Source: a virus | Lineage: Duplodnaviria > Caudoviricetes | Strand: one strand, 5' to 3' | Length of the DNA stretch: 48,442 bases | IMG/VR virus record: IMGVR_UViG_3300033067_001096 | Span: 1-48,442 of that record | Shown: positions 1 to 8,136 of the stretch, in pieces | Layout of the letters: every line of letters begins with the position of its first letter | Position numbering within the stretch: the stretch's first letter is position 1 | Notes under the pieces: generated by a model | Seen by the model: only the letters and a program-made list of their open reading frames with translations | What the model was told of the DNA's origin: nothing | Database searches by the model: none | Program-made: the position numbers and the translations under genes

Positions 1-76
1 TCTCGGCGAGCGCCTCGCGCAGCTGCGCAGGCGACTTTACCGTCGGCGCCGTCATGGCGTCCTGCGGCTCGACGCC
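1..76. repeat. Terminal direct repeat (circular assembly overlap), copy 1
   Basis: 1-76 is identical to 48341-48416; joining them restores one continuous ORF. Confidence 0.95.
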
Positions 77-1141
77 GTGCGCCAGGGCCATGTCGTAAGC
101 TGCCCGATCGTCCGTGTACTTCTCCGTCGGCCGCTTCGGCACCAACTTGTAGAGCTGGTTGCCCTCGACGTCGACGATCTGGTTTCCCTCTTCGAGGAAG
201 GCGTGCGCCTGGGCGCGCACCTCGCCGATGATCAACTCGGCCAGGTCGGCGAGCGTCAGCAGCTCACCGTAGACGACCGACCAGTCGATGTCGACGCCGG
301 CGAGCACGCCGGTCTTTTTCTTTTCGAGCGCGCCGTGCATCTTCGTCAGGTCGACCGCCGGCGTCGTGAAGTGCGGGCAGATCGCCTTGCACTTGGCAAA
401 GCGGCACCAGTCGCCGCGCTTCGTCGCCGGGTTCTTGCCCTTCGCCTCGGAGACCGCTCGAACGAGACGGTCTCGGAACTCGTTGAGCTGCTTGACGGTC
501 ACCTGGTGATGCGACGGCGCGCCGTCGCTGTCGCGGCCGCGCGGCTGTACGATGTAGAGATCGACCGGCCAGTCGGGATTGTTACGGTCGAACATGTCGG
601 GGAACGAGTGCATCGCGGCGCGCGCATAGAACATGAGCTGCGCGTTGGGCTGCATGACGCCGTTGTCGTCTTCATATGCGGCCTTGACTGGTACGCCGAC
701 GCCGAACTTCCAGTCGACGATGACCGAGCGCTTGTTCGTGCGGCCGATCAGGTCGGACGTGCCAAAAGCGTCGGGGATGCCCGGCATCTGGCAGCGCTGC
801 TCGACCATGAAGTCGAGCTCGCCTTCTTCGACACTCTCTTCGCAGAGCGCGTCGAAGAAGTCGACGCAGGGGATCACGGCCTGCTCCATCAACTCCGTCG
901 TCATGACATAGCCTTCGAACTCCATGCCGCGCACTTCGTCGATATCGACGATGTTGTTGACGAGGATGTACTGCATCGCCGCGTGCAGCGCCGTGCCCTC
1001 GTCCGCGTAGGATGAGCTCTCGTTCTTGACGGTCGCCGGCAGCTTCTGCTCCATCTGGTAGGAGCCGGGGCAGTTGATGCGGCGGTCGGCGGTCGAACCG
1101 CCGACGAGGGAGGAGTGGGCTTCTTCGGGGGCAGCAGTCAC
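1..1141 (-). CDS. Cas4-like PD-(D/E)XK exonuclease (DUF2800-like), 5' part; continues across the junction to 48156 (about 441 aa in total)
   Basis: My translation (absent from the ORF track): GTG start overlapping the upstream TGA; HSSLVGGSTADRRINCPGS, EGTALH, FGTSDLIG...IVDWKFG, QLMFYA, GDWCRFAKCKAICP. Confidence 0.88.
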   Translation of the reverse strand, partial: MTAAPEEAHSSLVGGSTADRRINCPGSYQMEQKLPATVKNESSSYADEGTALHAAMQYILVNNIVDIDEVRGMEFEGYVMTTELMEQAVIPCVDFFDALCEESVEEGELDFMVEQRCQMPGIPDAFGTSDLIGRTNKRSVIVDWKFGVGVPVKAAYEDDNGVMQPNAQLMFYARAAMHSFPDMFDRNNPDWPVDLYIVQPRGRDSDGAPSHHQVTVKQLNEFRDRLVRAVSEAKGKNPATKRGDWCRFAKCKAICPHFTTPAVDLTKMHGALEKKKTGVLAGVDIDWSVVYGELLTLADLAELIIGEVRAQAHAFLEEGNQIVDVEGNQLYKLVPKRPTEKYTDDRAAYDMALAHGVEPQDAMTAPTVKSPAQLREALAE

Positions 1142-1359
1142 AGGTCGAACCTTTCCTTGCGCGCGGCCTCGATGGCGGGGTCGCGGGGTTTGCGGGGCTT
1201 CGTCGGCAGGTACTTCTTGATAAGCATGTCGAGCACGACGCTCAGCGAGTACGACGTGTTCCGGCTCTCTTCCTCGAGCTTGTCGACGGCGGCCTGGGAC
1301 AGGTAATATTTGCGGGGTACGACGCTGTCGCGCGAAAATCTCTTGTGCTCGGCGTTCAT
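1138..1359 (-). CDS. Small ribbon-helix-helix-like DNA-binding protein
   Basis: RKYYLSQAAVDKLEEESRNTSYSLSVVLDMLIKKYL fits a beta-alpha-alpha RHH pattern; start placed at the ATG after AAGGGAAG. Confidence 0.6.
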   Translation of the reverse strand: MNAEHKRFSRDSVVPRKYYLSQAAVDKLEEESRNTSYSLSVVLDMLIKKYLPTKPRKPRDPAIEAARKERFDL

Positions 1360-1387
1360 TCGGTCTTCCCTTCCGGGCAAAGCGTGG

Positions 1388-1440
1388 TATGGTGCTTGCT
1401 AATGACCTTGGAAAGTACCATAGAAAGCTACCTTGTCAAG
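1388..1440 (-). promoter_or_regulatory. sigma70-like promoter for the leftward replication operon, with TATGGT operator half-sites
   Basis: Minus strand CTTGACAAG...TGG-TACTTT (TTGACA-N16-TACTTT); TATGGTGCTTG at 1388 and AAGTACCATAGA at 1413 match the motif at 35398 and 46969. Confidence 0.55.
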
Positions 1441-1677
1441 CGCGTTGAGGCGCTCGGCGGATTTACTTTGAAGACCGACAAGGTGCCGGGCCGCCGCTTT
1501 CTGGACAGGACCTGCTTCCTGCCTGGCGGGCGGGTCATCGTCGTGGAGTTGAAGCGGCCGGCCGGCGGAAGGCTGGCGCGCCTGCAGGGTTTTATGATCG
1601 CGCATTTAGAACGGCTGGGCCATGAGGTCTATCGGTGCGACACGAAGGAGGAAGTCGACATTGCGCTCCAAAGCTGA
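1402..1677 (+). CDS. VRR-NUC domain nuclease
   Basis: E..IE.YL...V...GG...K, DR..FLPGG..IVVELKRPAGGRL..LQ; typical position before a SNF2 helicase. Confidence 0.85.
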   Translation: MTLESTIESYLVKRVEALGGFTLKTDKVPGRRFLDRTCFLPGGRVIVVELKRPAGGRLARLQGFMIAHLERLGHEVYRCDTKEEVDIALQS

Positions 1678-3037
1678 TCTCCATGGCTATCAACAGCGCA
1701 CGATCGCGAAGCTCTACGAGAGTGACGTCGCGCAGGCAATCCTCTGCATGGGCGCGGGGAAAACGGCTATCGGCCTGACGACGATCCGCGAACTGATCGA
1801 CGACGGCCACATCCGCTGCGCGCTCGTGCTCGCCCCGAAGCGCGTCGCCCAGCTGGTGTGGCCGGCCGAGCCGCCGCAGTGGGAACACCTCGCCGGCATG
1901 AAGGTCTGCGTCGTGGCGGGCGATCCGGCCGAGCGCGCCACCTTGCTGGCGAGCGACGCCGAGGTCTATGTCATCGGCATCGATAACGTGAAGTGGCTGG
2001 TGGCGCTCCTCAAGGACCTACCGCCGGACCATCGTCTGTTCGACCTGCTCTGCATCGACGAGCTGTCCCGGTTCAAGAGCCCGCGCTCGAAGCTCGCGAC
2101 GAAGCACCTCAACAAGATAATCGACCGCTTCAAGATCAGGTGGGGCCTGACCGGCACGCCCAGGCCGAACGACTATATCGACCAGTTCCGCCCGTTGCAG
2201 TTGCTGACCGCCAACGGCCTGTTCAAGCCGCGCTCCTTCGATACGTGGCGTAGGAAACATTTCCTATCCGACTATCAAGGCTTCAACTGGACAATCCGGC
2301 CGGAGAGCGAGACGAAGATCATCAAGCAGATCGCGTCGGTATCGTTCACGATCGACCCGTCGGAGATGCCCGAGCTGCCGGAGATGACGACGGTCGTCCA
2401 CTGGGTCGACCTGCCGCCGAAAGTGATGAAGCTCTACCGCGACATGGAGCGCGACCTGCTCGCCAAGGTCGGCGAGAAGCACTTCATGGCGGTCAGCGCT
2501 GGCGTCGCCAGCGGCAAGCTCGCCCAGATCGCGCAGGGGTTCCTCTACGGCGAGGCCGGCAACACCGAGGTCGAGCACCTGCACACGGCCAAGGCCGACA
2601 AGCTCGTCGACCTGGTCGAGGACCTCGACGGATCGCCGGCCCTGCTGGTCTACGGCTTTGTCGAGGACCTGCGCGTCATGCAGGAGCTCTACAGCGGGCT
2701 GCCTTTCCTCGGCAACGGCACCAGTGACGCCAAGGCGGCGCTCTACGAGAAGGGTTGGAACGAGAACCTGTTCCCGCTGCTGGCTCTCCACCCGGCGTCC
2801 GCCGGGCACGGCCTGAACCTGCAGCGCGGCGGCAACCAGATGATCGTCTACGACATGCCGTGGTCCGCCGAGCTGTTCGACCAGACCCGCAAGCGCTTTT
2901 GGCGCCAGGGTCAGGTGAAGCGTTGTTTCGAGCACATCATCCTGGCGCGCGGGACGATCGACGAGGTCAAGTACGACCGCGTCGTGGGGAAAATGGCGGA
3001 CCAGGACGCCTTCACGAAGTACCTGCGGAGGGTATGA
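1661..3037 (+). CDS. SNF2-family DNA helicase
   Basis: LHGYQ, MGAGKT, IDELS, GLTGTP, HPASAGHGLNLQ, R.WRQGQ motifs; TTG start after GGAGG. Confidence 0.92.
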   Translation: MRSKADLHGYQQRTIAKLYESDVAQAILCMGAGKTAIGLTTIRELIDDGHIRCALVLAPKRVAQLVWPAEPPQWEHLAGMKVCVVAGDPAERATLLASDAEVYVIGIDNVKWLVALLKDLPPDHRLFDLLCIDELSRFKSPRSKLATKHLNKIIDRFKIRWGLTGTPRPNDYIDQFRPLQLLTANGLFKPRSFDTWRRKHFLSDYQGFNWTIRPESETKIIKQIASVSFTIDPSEMPELPEMTTVVHWVDLPPKVMKLYRDMERDLLAKVGEKHFMAVSAGVASGKLAQIAQGFLYGEAGNTEVEHLHTAKADKLVDLVEDLDGSPALLVYGFVEDLRVMQELYSGLPFLGNGTSDAKAALYEKGWNENLFPLLALHPASAGHGLNLQRGGNQMIVYDMPWSAELFDQTRKRFWRQGQVKRCFEHIILARGTIDEVKYDRVVGKMADQDAFTKYLRRV

Positions 3038-3114
3038 TGTTATTCTTTACGACTGCAGCGGAAGCGCACGCACGCGCCGAGCTAACCCGGTCGCGCGCTA
3101 AAAGGGAGCAAGTT

Positions 3115-3516
3115 ATGTCGGATTTCGAAGTTAAGAAGAAGGGGTCGGACTTCGAGGTCGTGCGCTCGCCGCTCACGCCTGCCGGCGAAGCCGAGCGCGC
3201 GAAGCACTATCTCGCGTTTGAAGCGCTCCGCATCACCAGCGGCGAGCGGCGCAAGGCCTACGGCCCGCCCGAGAACAACTTCGCGCGGATCGCCCGCTTC
3301 TGGGACGCCTACTTCAAGAACACGGGGCGCAACATCGACGTGACGGCGGCCGACGTCTCGCCGCTGATGCGGCTGATGAAAGAGGCCCGCCTCTGCGAGA
3401 CGCCGGACCACCTCGACAGCTTCGTCGATCTGGTCGGCTACACGCTGACGGGGTCCGAGGTGAACGGCGTGAAGGCGCCGCCCGGCGACCGTGACGCAAC
3501 CGACGGCCCGAGCTAA
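3115..3516 (+). CDS. DUF6378-like phage protein (possibly nucleotide-metabolism associated)
   Basis: R...YGPPENNFARIA.FW..Y...DV..LM.LMK.AR....HLDSFVDLVGY; GGAG RBS. Confidence 0.7.
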   Translation: MSDFEVKKKGSDFEVVRSPLTPAGEAERAKHYLAFEALRITSGERRKAYGPPENNFARIARFWDAYFKNTGRNIDVTAADVSPLMRLMKEARLCETPDHLDSFVDLVGYTLTGSEVNGVKAPPGDRDATDGPS

Positions 3517-3520
3517 CTCA

Positions 3521-3973
3521 TCACGGCTGGGTTTTCTCGAACGTGTTGGACACCTGCCTCACCAGCTTGTCTGGGAATAGGGGCGGGTGGATGACCCACG
3601 TGATGTCAAGACGGTACTTCCCGGCCGGCAATTTTTTTGCGCACTCGTCGCCGAACGTGTACCAGTCCAAGTCTAAATCATCGGGCAACACGGCGTCCTG
3701 CTTATACACCTGCGTTCGCTCCTTTATCGGGCAGTATATAGCGAAGCCGCTCGGCCACTTTTTTGCCACTGTAACGTAAGCGGTCATGGGTACGGTCCTG
3801 TAAATAGACCTGTCGACGCGCATTTTTGGGGTTGTGCCGACAGTGCTGTCGTCGACGTGGATTGATCTCACCTCAAACCACAGAGAGGGGGGCGCGAAGA
3901 CGAGCCCGAGAAGCGTAGCCCACCCTACGATGATAAGCACGAACCAGTTCCAATCAGCGCGTTGCAGCTTCAT
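3521..3973 (-). CDS. Membrane-anchored protein at the end of the lysis cassette
   Basis: N-terminal TM helix then a beta-rich domain with two Cys; ATGA-coupled to the upstream holin-like gene. Confidence 0.6.
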   Translation of the reverse strand: MKLQRADWNWFVLIIVGWATLLGLVFAPPSLWFEVRSIHVDDSTVGTTPKMRVDRSIYRTVPMTAYVTVAKKWPSGFAIYCPIKERTQVYKQDAVLPDDLDLDWYTFGDECAKKLPAGKYRLDITWVIHPPLFPDKLVRQVSNTFEKTQP

Positions 3974-4272
3974 TTCCCGCCCCTCCATTGGCGGAACAGA
4001 TCAAACAGTCTCCCCGGATCGTTCGCCGAAGACATGAGAAAGCGCATGAGCCCCTCGCCGGTAAGCGCGAGCAGCGCTGCGATCGGCGCCGTGTAGGTTT
4101 CAGGGGTTAGCCCCAGCCACTGCACGACAGGTCCCGTGAACACGTAGGCTGAAAAAAGAGCCGCAAAAATGGTGGCCAATACCCGCAGTACGCCGCCGTA
4201 GGGGGACGTGAACAGCTTAACCGCCGTCGCCCCCAGGACCGCCAGCCAGAACGACAGATCGTGCCCGAACAC
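3970..4272 (-). CDS. Putative holin (about 3 TM segments)
   Basis: 100 aa, hydrophobic, charged C-terminus; GTG start after GGGGAG; lysis context. Confidence 0.6.
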   Translation of the reverse strand: MFGHDLSFWLAVLGATAVKLFTSPYGGVLRVLATIFAALFSAYVFTGPVVQWLGLTPETYTAPIAALLALTGEGLMRFLMSSANDPGRLFDLFRQWRGGK

Positions 4273-4297
4273 TATGCTTTCTCCCCGCCGTGGGCGG

Positions 4298-4495
4298 TCA
4301 TTTGCAGTAGGCAGCGCGCACCGCATTCTTCGCGCGGATTTCATCCACAGTCTGCTTGCTATCCTTCACCGCGGAATAGCTTTGCGCTTGCCAAATCAAG
4401 CACGCACTATCGGTCCCGGTTGTTGGGGTCGTCTGACACCCCGCCAACAGGGCGAGCAGCAGCAGCGCGCTTGAGCTTGTCCAGGTTCTGTTCAC
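4298..4495 (-). CDS. o-spanin (Rz1-like lipoprotein)
   Basis: Lipobox LLAGC after a hydrophobic stretch; overlaps the i-spanin gene. Confidence 0.75.
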   Translation of the reverse strand: MNRTWTSSSALLLLALLAGCQTTPTTGTDSACLIWQAQSYSAVKDSKQTVDEIRAKNAVRAAYCK

Positions 4496-4625
4496 GGGCT
4501 TTCGCCTCCTTCACGAGTTGCGCGTTCTTCCCGGCCGCCCGCCCTGTCGCGTAGAGGCCGAAGACGCTGAGCAGCGCCGCTCCGGCGGCCACGAGATAGG
4601 GCCAGAATTGCAGGAGGAGGCTCAC
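4407..4625 (-). CDS. i-spanin (Rz-like)
   Basis: N-terminal TM (WPYLVAAGAALLSVFGLY), helical periplasmic part, ends DPNNRD; overlaps the lipoprotein gene. Confidence 0.7.
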   Translation of the reverse strand: MSLLLQFWPYLVAAGAALLSVFGLYATGRAAGKNAQLVKEAKAREQNLDKLKRAAAARPVGGVSDDPNNRDR

Positions 4626-4849
4626 TTGTTGTCCTCGACATGCACGACGATGTTGGGGGCGTCTGGGACGAACCATCCACACATGAAGACGATGATCGGC
4701 GACAGCGCCGTCCACATGGCGGGGTCACTCCAACCGGGCGCGAAGTTTGCCAACGCGGTGCGCGCCACCTCGACCACCGCCACGCCGACCACGGCGGCCG
4801 TGAGCTTGTTGGTCGGGTTGGCCGAGGGCTGCGATATTGTGTTCGCCAT
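4622..4849 (-). CDS. Small two-TM membrane protein (holin/antiholin-like)
   Basis: 75 aa with two hydrophobic helices directly after the endolysin. Confidence 0.55.
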   Translation of the reverse strand: MANTISQPSANPTNKLTAAVVGVAVVEVARTALANFAPGWSDPAMWTALSPIIVFMCGWFVPDAPNIVVHVEDNK

Positions 4850-4850
4850 G

Positions 4851-5564
4851 TCAGCCTCCAAAATACTTCAGCGCGGCGGTCACGATCGCGAGGAGCATTG
4901 CACCCAGCGCCATGAACCCGGTCTTCGATGAAGGCACTGGCGCCTTCGCCGGCTCGTTCTTTGGCGTCTGCACGATCACGACCTGCGTCTCGTCAGCCTT
5001 CGGCCCGTCGACGAGGACGACGTCCGGCTTCGTGCCGGCGCCCTGCTGCACGGTCTTCGCGGGCTCGGTCACTGCCGGATCCTCGCCGTAGCCTTCGGCC
5101 TTCAGCGCCGCGTCGTACTCGCGCGCGTAGCCGCCGATCAGCCGCGCGTCGTCGGTGCCGTTTATGATGCGGCGGGCGTTCACGAAGTCCGACTTGCCCA
5201 ACGTGATGTAGTCGGCCAGCTTCTTGCCAGTGAACCACCCCTCGGACATGCCGGTGACGAGGATCGGCGCGGCGAACCTCGCCTGCAGCAGGAGCTTCGG
5301 CTCGGCGACGAAGTCGACGCCGAGGGCCGCCCCCGCCTTTTCGTAGTTCTTGCGCCACGTCAGCTGCACGTAGCCCATGCCGACGTAGGGGTAATATTTC
5401 TTGGCGCGCAGGTACTTCTCGCCGCCCATCTCGCGCACCGGCTTCATGGTGTGGGCGCTCTCGTGCCACGCCGTGGCGAGCACGTACGCCGCCTGGTTGC
5501 GCAGCAGCCCCGCCGACTTGCAGGCATTGATGATGAGGCGCGTATCGCCTAGGTTCAGGTCCAC
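4851..5564 (-). CDS. Endolysin, GH19/chitinase-like, with a C-terminal membrane anchor
   Basis: AYVLATAWHES, YVGMGYVQLTW..NY, ARRIINGTD; terminal hydrophobic helix. Confidence 0.85.
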   Translation of the reverse strand: MDLNLGDTRLIINACKSAGLLRNQAAYVLATAWHESAHTMKPVREMGGEKYLRAKKYYPYVGMGYVQLTWRKNYEKAGAALGVDFVAEPKLLLQARFAAPILVTGMSEGWFTGKKLADYITLGKSDFVNARRIINGTDDARLIGGYAREYDAALKAEGYGEDPAVTEPAKTVQQGAGTKPDVVLVDGPKADETQVVIVQTPKNEPAKAPVPSSKTGFMALGAMLLAIVTAALKYFGG

Positions 5565-5595
5565 CGCGTCTCTCCTGTGATGTAGCTCGCTTGGT

Positions 5596-8136
5596 TCACG
5601 ACCGTGGGTAGCCCCAGATTGAGTAGATCACAGTACGCCCTGCTCCGGCACCGACGCTGGCCTTGAAGTAAAGCGTCTGCTCTGTCCTCGTATTGAGGCC
5701 GGCAGCAGACGGGCTCACGGTTGATGCGAGGTTGGCGGCGGTCGATGCCGCCAAAGTAGACCCCGCCGCAACGATCTGCGTACCAGCGGCGGCCGGGGCG
5801 GTGTAGAGCCCATAGACCATGGCGGAAACATCAGCGCTCGGGTTCTCGCCGCGAACGCGGGAGATCAGGTAGGACGCGCAGCTGTATTTTATGGCGAGCG
5901 CCTGGTCCGCCGTCGAGTTGCAGTCGAGGGTTAGTTCAAACAGCAGGACCTCCTGCTGTGGGTAGTTGATGCCGCCCGAGTTGTTGACGGTCTTGTTGAG
6001 GCCGGTGCCGCTGTCTACGATGAAGTTTGCCCTGGCCATACCTGCGGCATTGACGTTGCTGCTGATTGCGTAGTTGTCGCTCGTGCCCGCAGCCACTTTG
6101 ATGCCCTGGACGCAACCCGCCACGCAAACATTACCTTCAACAATGAAGTTGTTTTTGTCGGGGGCCGCCTCAAATCCAACCGCTATAGCGCCGCCACCTA
6201 ATCGGGGCTGGAAGTGGTTGCCTTTTACGATGACACTCCCATTATGACCTGCATTCGGCGCGAAATATACGCACCTTGCCCCGCTGTTGATGAAGTTGTT
6301 AACGATCGTGCATTGACCATCGAAGTTTCCCGACACAAGTATATCGGCCGTACCTTGAATAATGCCGTTTCCAGTATGGTTGCCGTGCATCACCCAATTA
6401 TACGCGTCGTTGATAACGACACCAGACAAGAAAGCACCGCCAAGCGTACTATCGGTAAGAATAAGGTTAAGTCCTGTTGCGCCGGTAGCGCTCCCGATAC
6501 AAACAGAGAACGGGCCGCTAAGGTCCTGGTGCATGATGGAGACTTCAAGGGCGCCGGTATTTAACAGTATTCCATAGTAGCTAACCGGGGCGAGAAGATA
6601 CCAAGTCACGGTGCCATCGGTGATCGGCATGGCATACGGGCGTAGCGTGGGAGCGCTCCCCCCGGATGTACCAGCGACATAGCACATCATGATATAACCT
6701 CCTAGTTCGCGGAGGTCGTATTTGTTGTAGGCCGTGGTGTTAGTCCGGGCAGCAACCGAGCCGGAAATAGTTTGCTGGTCCGGCAGACCCGCGCCGTCGA
6801 TCCACGGATGGTCGAAAGCGTTTCTTTCGAGAAAGTGGCCGCCAGAAATCTCCACGAGAGCCCCGCCGTAGGCCTTACTGGCCTCGCAGCGGTAAATTTT
6901 ATTGTCGCCCCCCTCCATGAGAATGGCCCACTTACCGCCGTAGACGATGCAGTGGTCAAGAGTGCAATTAACCGCCTGCGCTCCGTGGAACCAAACAGTT
7001 GGGTATGTGATTGCGGAGATCGTTGTGGGGGAAGAGGGAAGACCATAGATGCCTGACCCGTAGATCGTTAGGTCTTTGATTGTGGTCTTGCCGATGGTGA
7101 CGTTGAAGACGCAGATGTCAGACGTGCCAGCGTGGATTGTCGCCGACTGGTTTTCTCCGCGAAGCGTCATCGGAGCGACAGCGATATTGACCTGGCTCAG
7201 GCACATGTAGGCGCCGTTGACAGCCGGGAAGAAAACAGTCCCGCCCGAAGCCCAAGTGACGTTGAGATGGTTGACCGCGCCCTGAATTGCTGCGTAGTCG
7301 TCCGTGACGCTATCGCCCTTGGCCCCAAACGCGCAGACGTTGTTGAAGCCACCTGTCTGGAATACCCAATAGCCGCCGTCCGTGGCGTGAATGGTTCCGT
7401 CAGACCGGTAACGATCTGCTGTTCTTACCCACCCGTTGTGCGTAGTCGGCATGGCCATGACGCGAACGCAGGGGATAAGCCCTGCCCGGTCTCCAAAAGC
7501 GTAACGCCCGCCGAGCGTGATGTTCTGGATCGACGCACCGACGCTTACCCCCGCCGCTGCTGTCCACGAGGATATGACGTACGAGGAAATAGAGGGGATT
7601 AGGGCGGTAATGGCGGCAAGCGCGTTGACCGCAGCTGTCCCGGCGGCGCCGGCCGCTGCGATGTCGCCGCCATCGCCGCCGTCGACCATATTTCCGTCGG
7701 CGTCGGCGATCCAGAAATGCCCCTCGTCTAGCAGTGTTAGCGTACCCGGCGACGCGCTCTCCGTGAGCGGCGTCTTCCACGACCGCGACACGCCGTCCCA
7801 CAGGCGCTGCACACGCCGCGTCAACGCGTCGATACCCTCCTCGAAACGGGCGCCGAAGACGCCACCCAGGCTTACGTCCTCGGCCTGACTGATAGGGGGC
7901 TCGACCGACAAGACCCACGTCGTCGGGGTCCACACACCGGGCGTGTTGATCGTCACGGAATAGCCGCTGTCTGACCCGACGCCGGACACGGTGTAATTGA
8001 CGCCCAGCGTAAGCAGGGTGTCGTCCGCGTAGACCTTGAGATGGGTCGAATTCTCAAGCTCGAAATTGTGCGTCAGCGGGTTCGTCCAGCCGGTGCCGGA
8101 GATCAGCTTGCGCGACGACTTTTCGGTGACCGTCAT
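5596..8136 (-). CDS. Tailspike/tail fibre with a pectate-lyase-like beta-helix (putative depolymerase)
   Basis: T7-like N-terminal adaptor-binding region; NV..FGAKGDSVTDDYAAIQ.A...GGTVFFP beta-helix cap; Asn/Gly-rich repeats. Confidence 0.85.
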   Translation of the reverse strand: MTVTEKSSRKLISGTGWTNPLTHNFELENSTHLKVYADDTLLTLGVNYTVSGVGSDSGYSVTINTPGVWTPTTWVLSVEPPISQAEDVSLGGVFGARFEEGIDALTRRVQRLWDGVSRSWKTPLTESASPGTLTLLDEGHFWIADADGNMVDGGDGGDIAAAGAAGTAAVNALAAITALIPSISSYVISSWTAAAGVSVGASIQNITLGGRYAFGDRAGLIPCVRVMAMPTTHNGWVRTADRYRSDGTIHATDGGYWVFQTGGFNNVCAFGAKGDSVTDDYAAIQGAVNHLNVTWASGGTVFFPAVNGAYMCLSQVNIAVAPMTLRGENQSATIHAGTSDICVFNVTIGKTTIKDLTIYGSGIYGLPSSPTTISAITYPTVWFHGAQAVNCTLDHCIVYGGKWAILMEGGDNKIYRCEASKAYGGALVEISGGHFLERNAFDHPWIDGAGLPDQQTISGSVAARTNTTAYNKYDLRELGGYIMMCYVAGTSGGSAPTLRPYAMPITDGTVTWYLLAPVSYYGILLNTGALEVSIMHQDLSGPFSVCIGSATGATGLNLILTDSTLGGAFLSGVVINDAYNWVMHGNHTGNGIIQGTADILVSGNFDGQCTIVNNFINSGARCVYFAPNAGHNGSVIVKGNHFQPRLGGGAIAVGFEAAPDKNNFIVEGNVCVAGCVQGIKVAAGTSDNYAISSNVNAAGMARANFIVDSGTGLNKTVNNSGGINYPQQEVLLFELTLDCNSTADQALAIKYSCASYLISRVRGENPSADVSAMVYGLYTAPAAAGTQIVAAGSTLAASTAANLASTVSPSAAGLNTRTEQTLYFKASVGAGAGRTVIYSIWGYPRS

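Noticed and set aside
1-1141. Cas4 as part of a CRISPR-Cas system
   Set aside because: Stand-alone phage exonuclease in a replication module; no array or other cas genes
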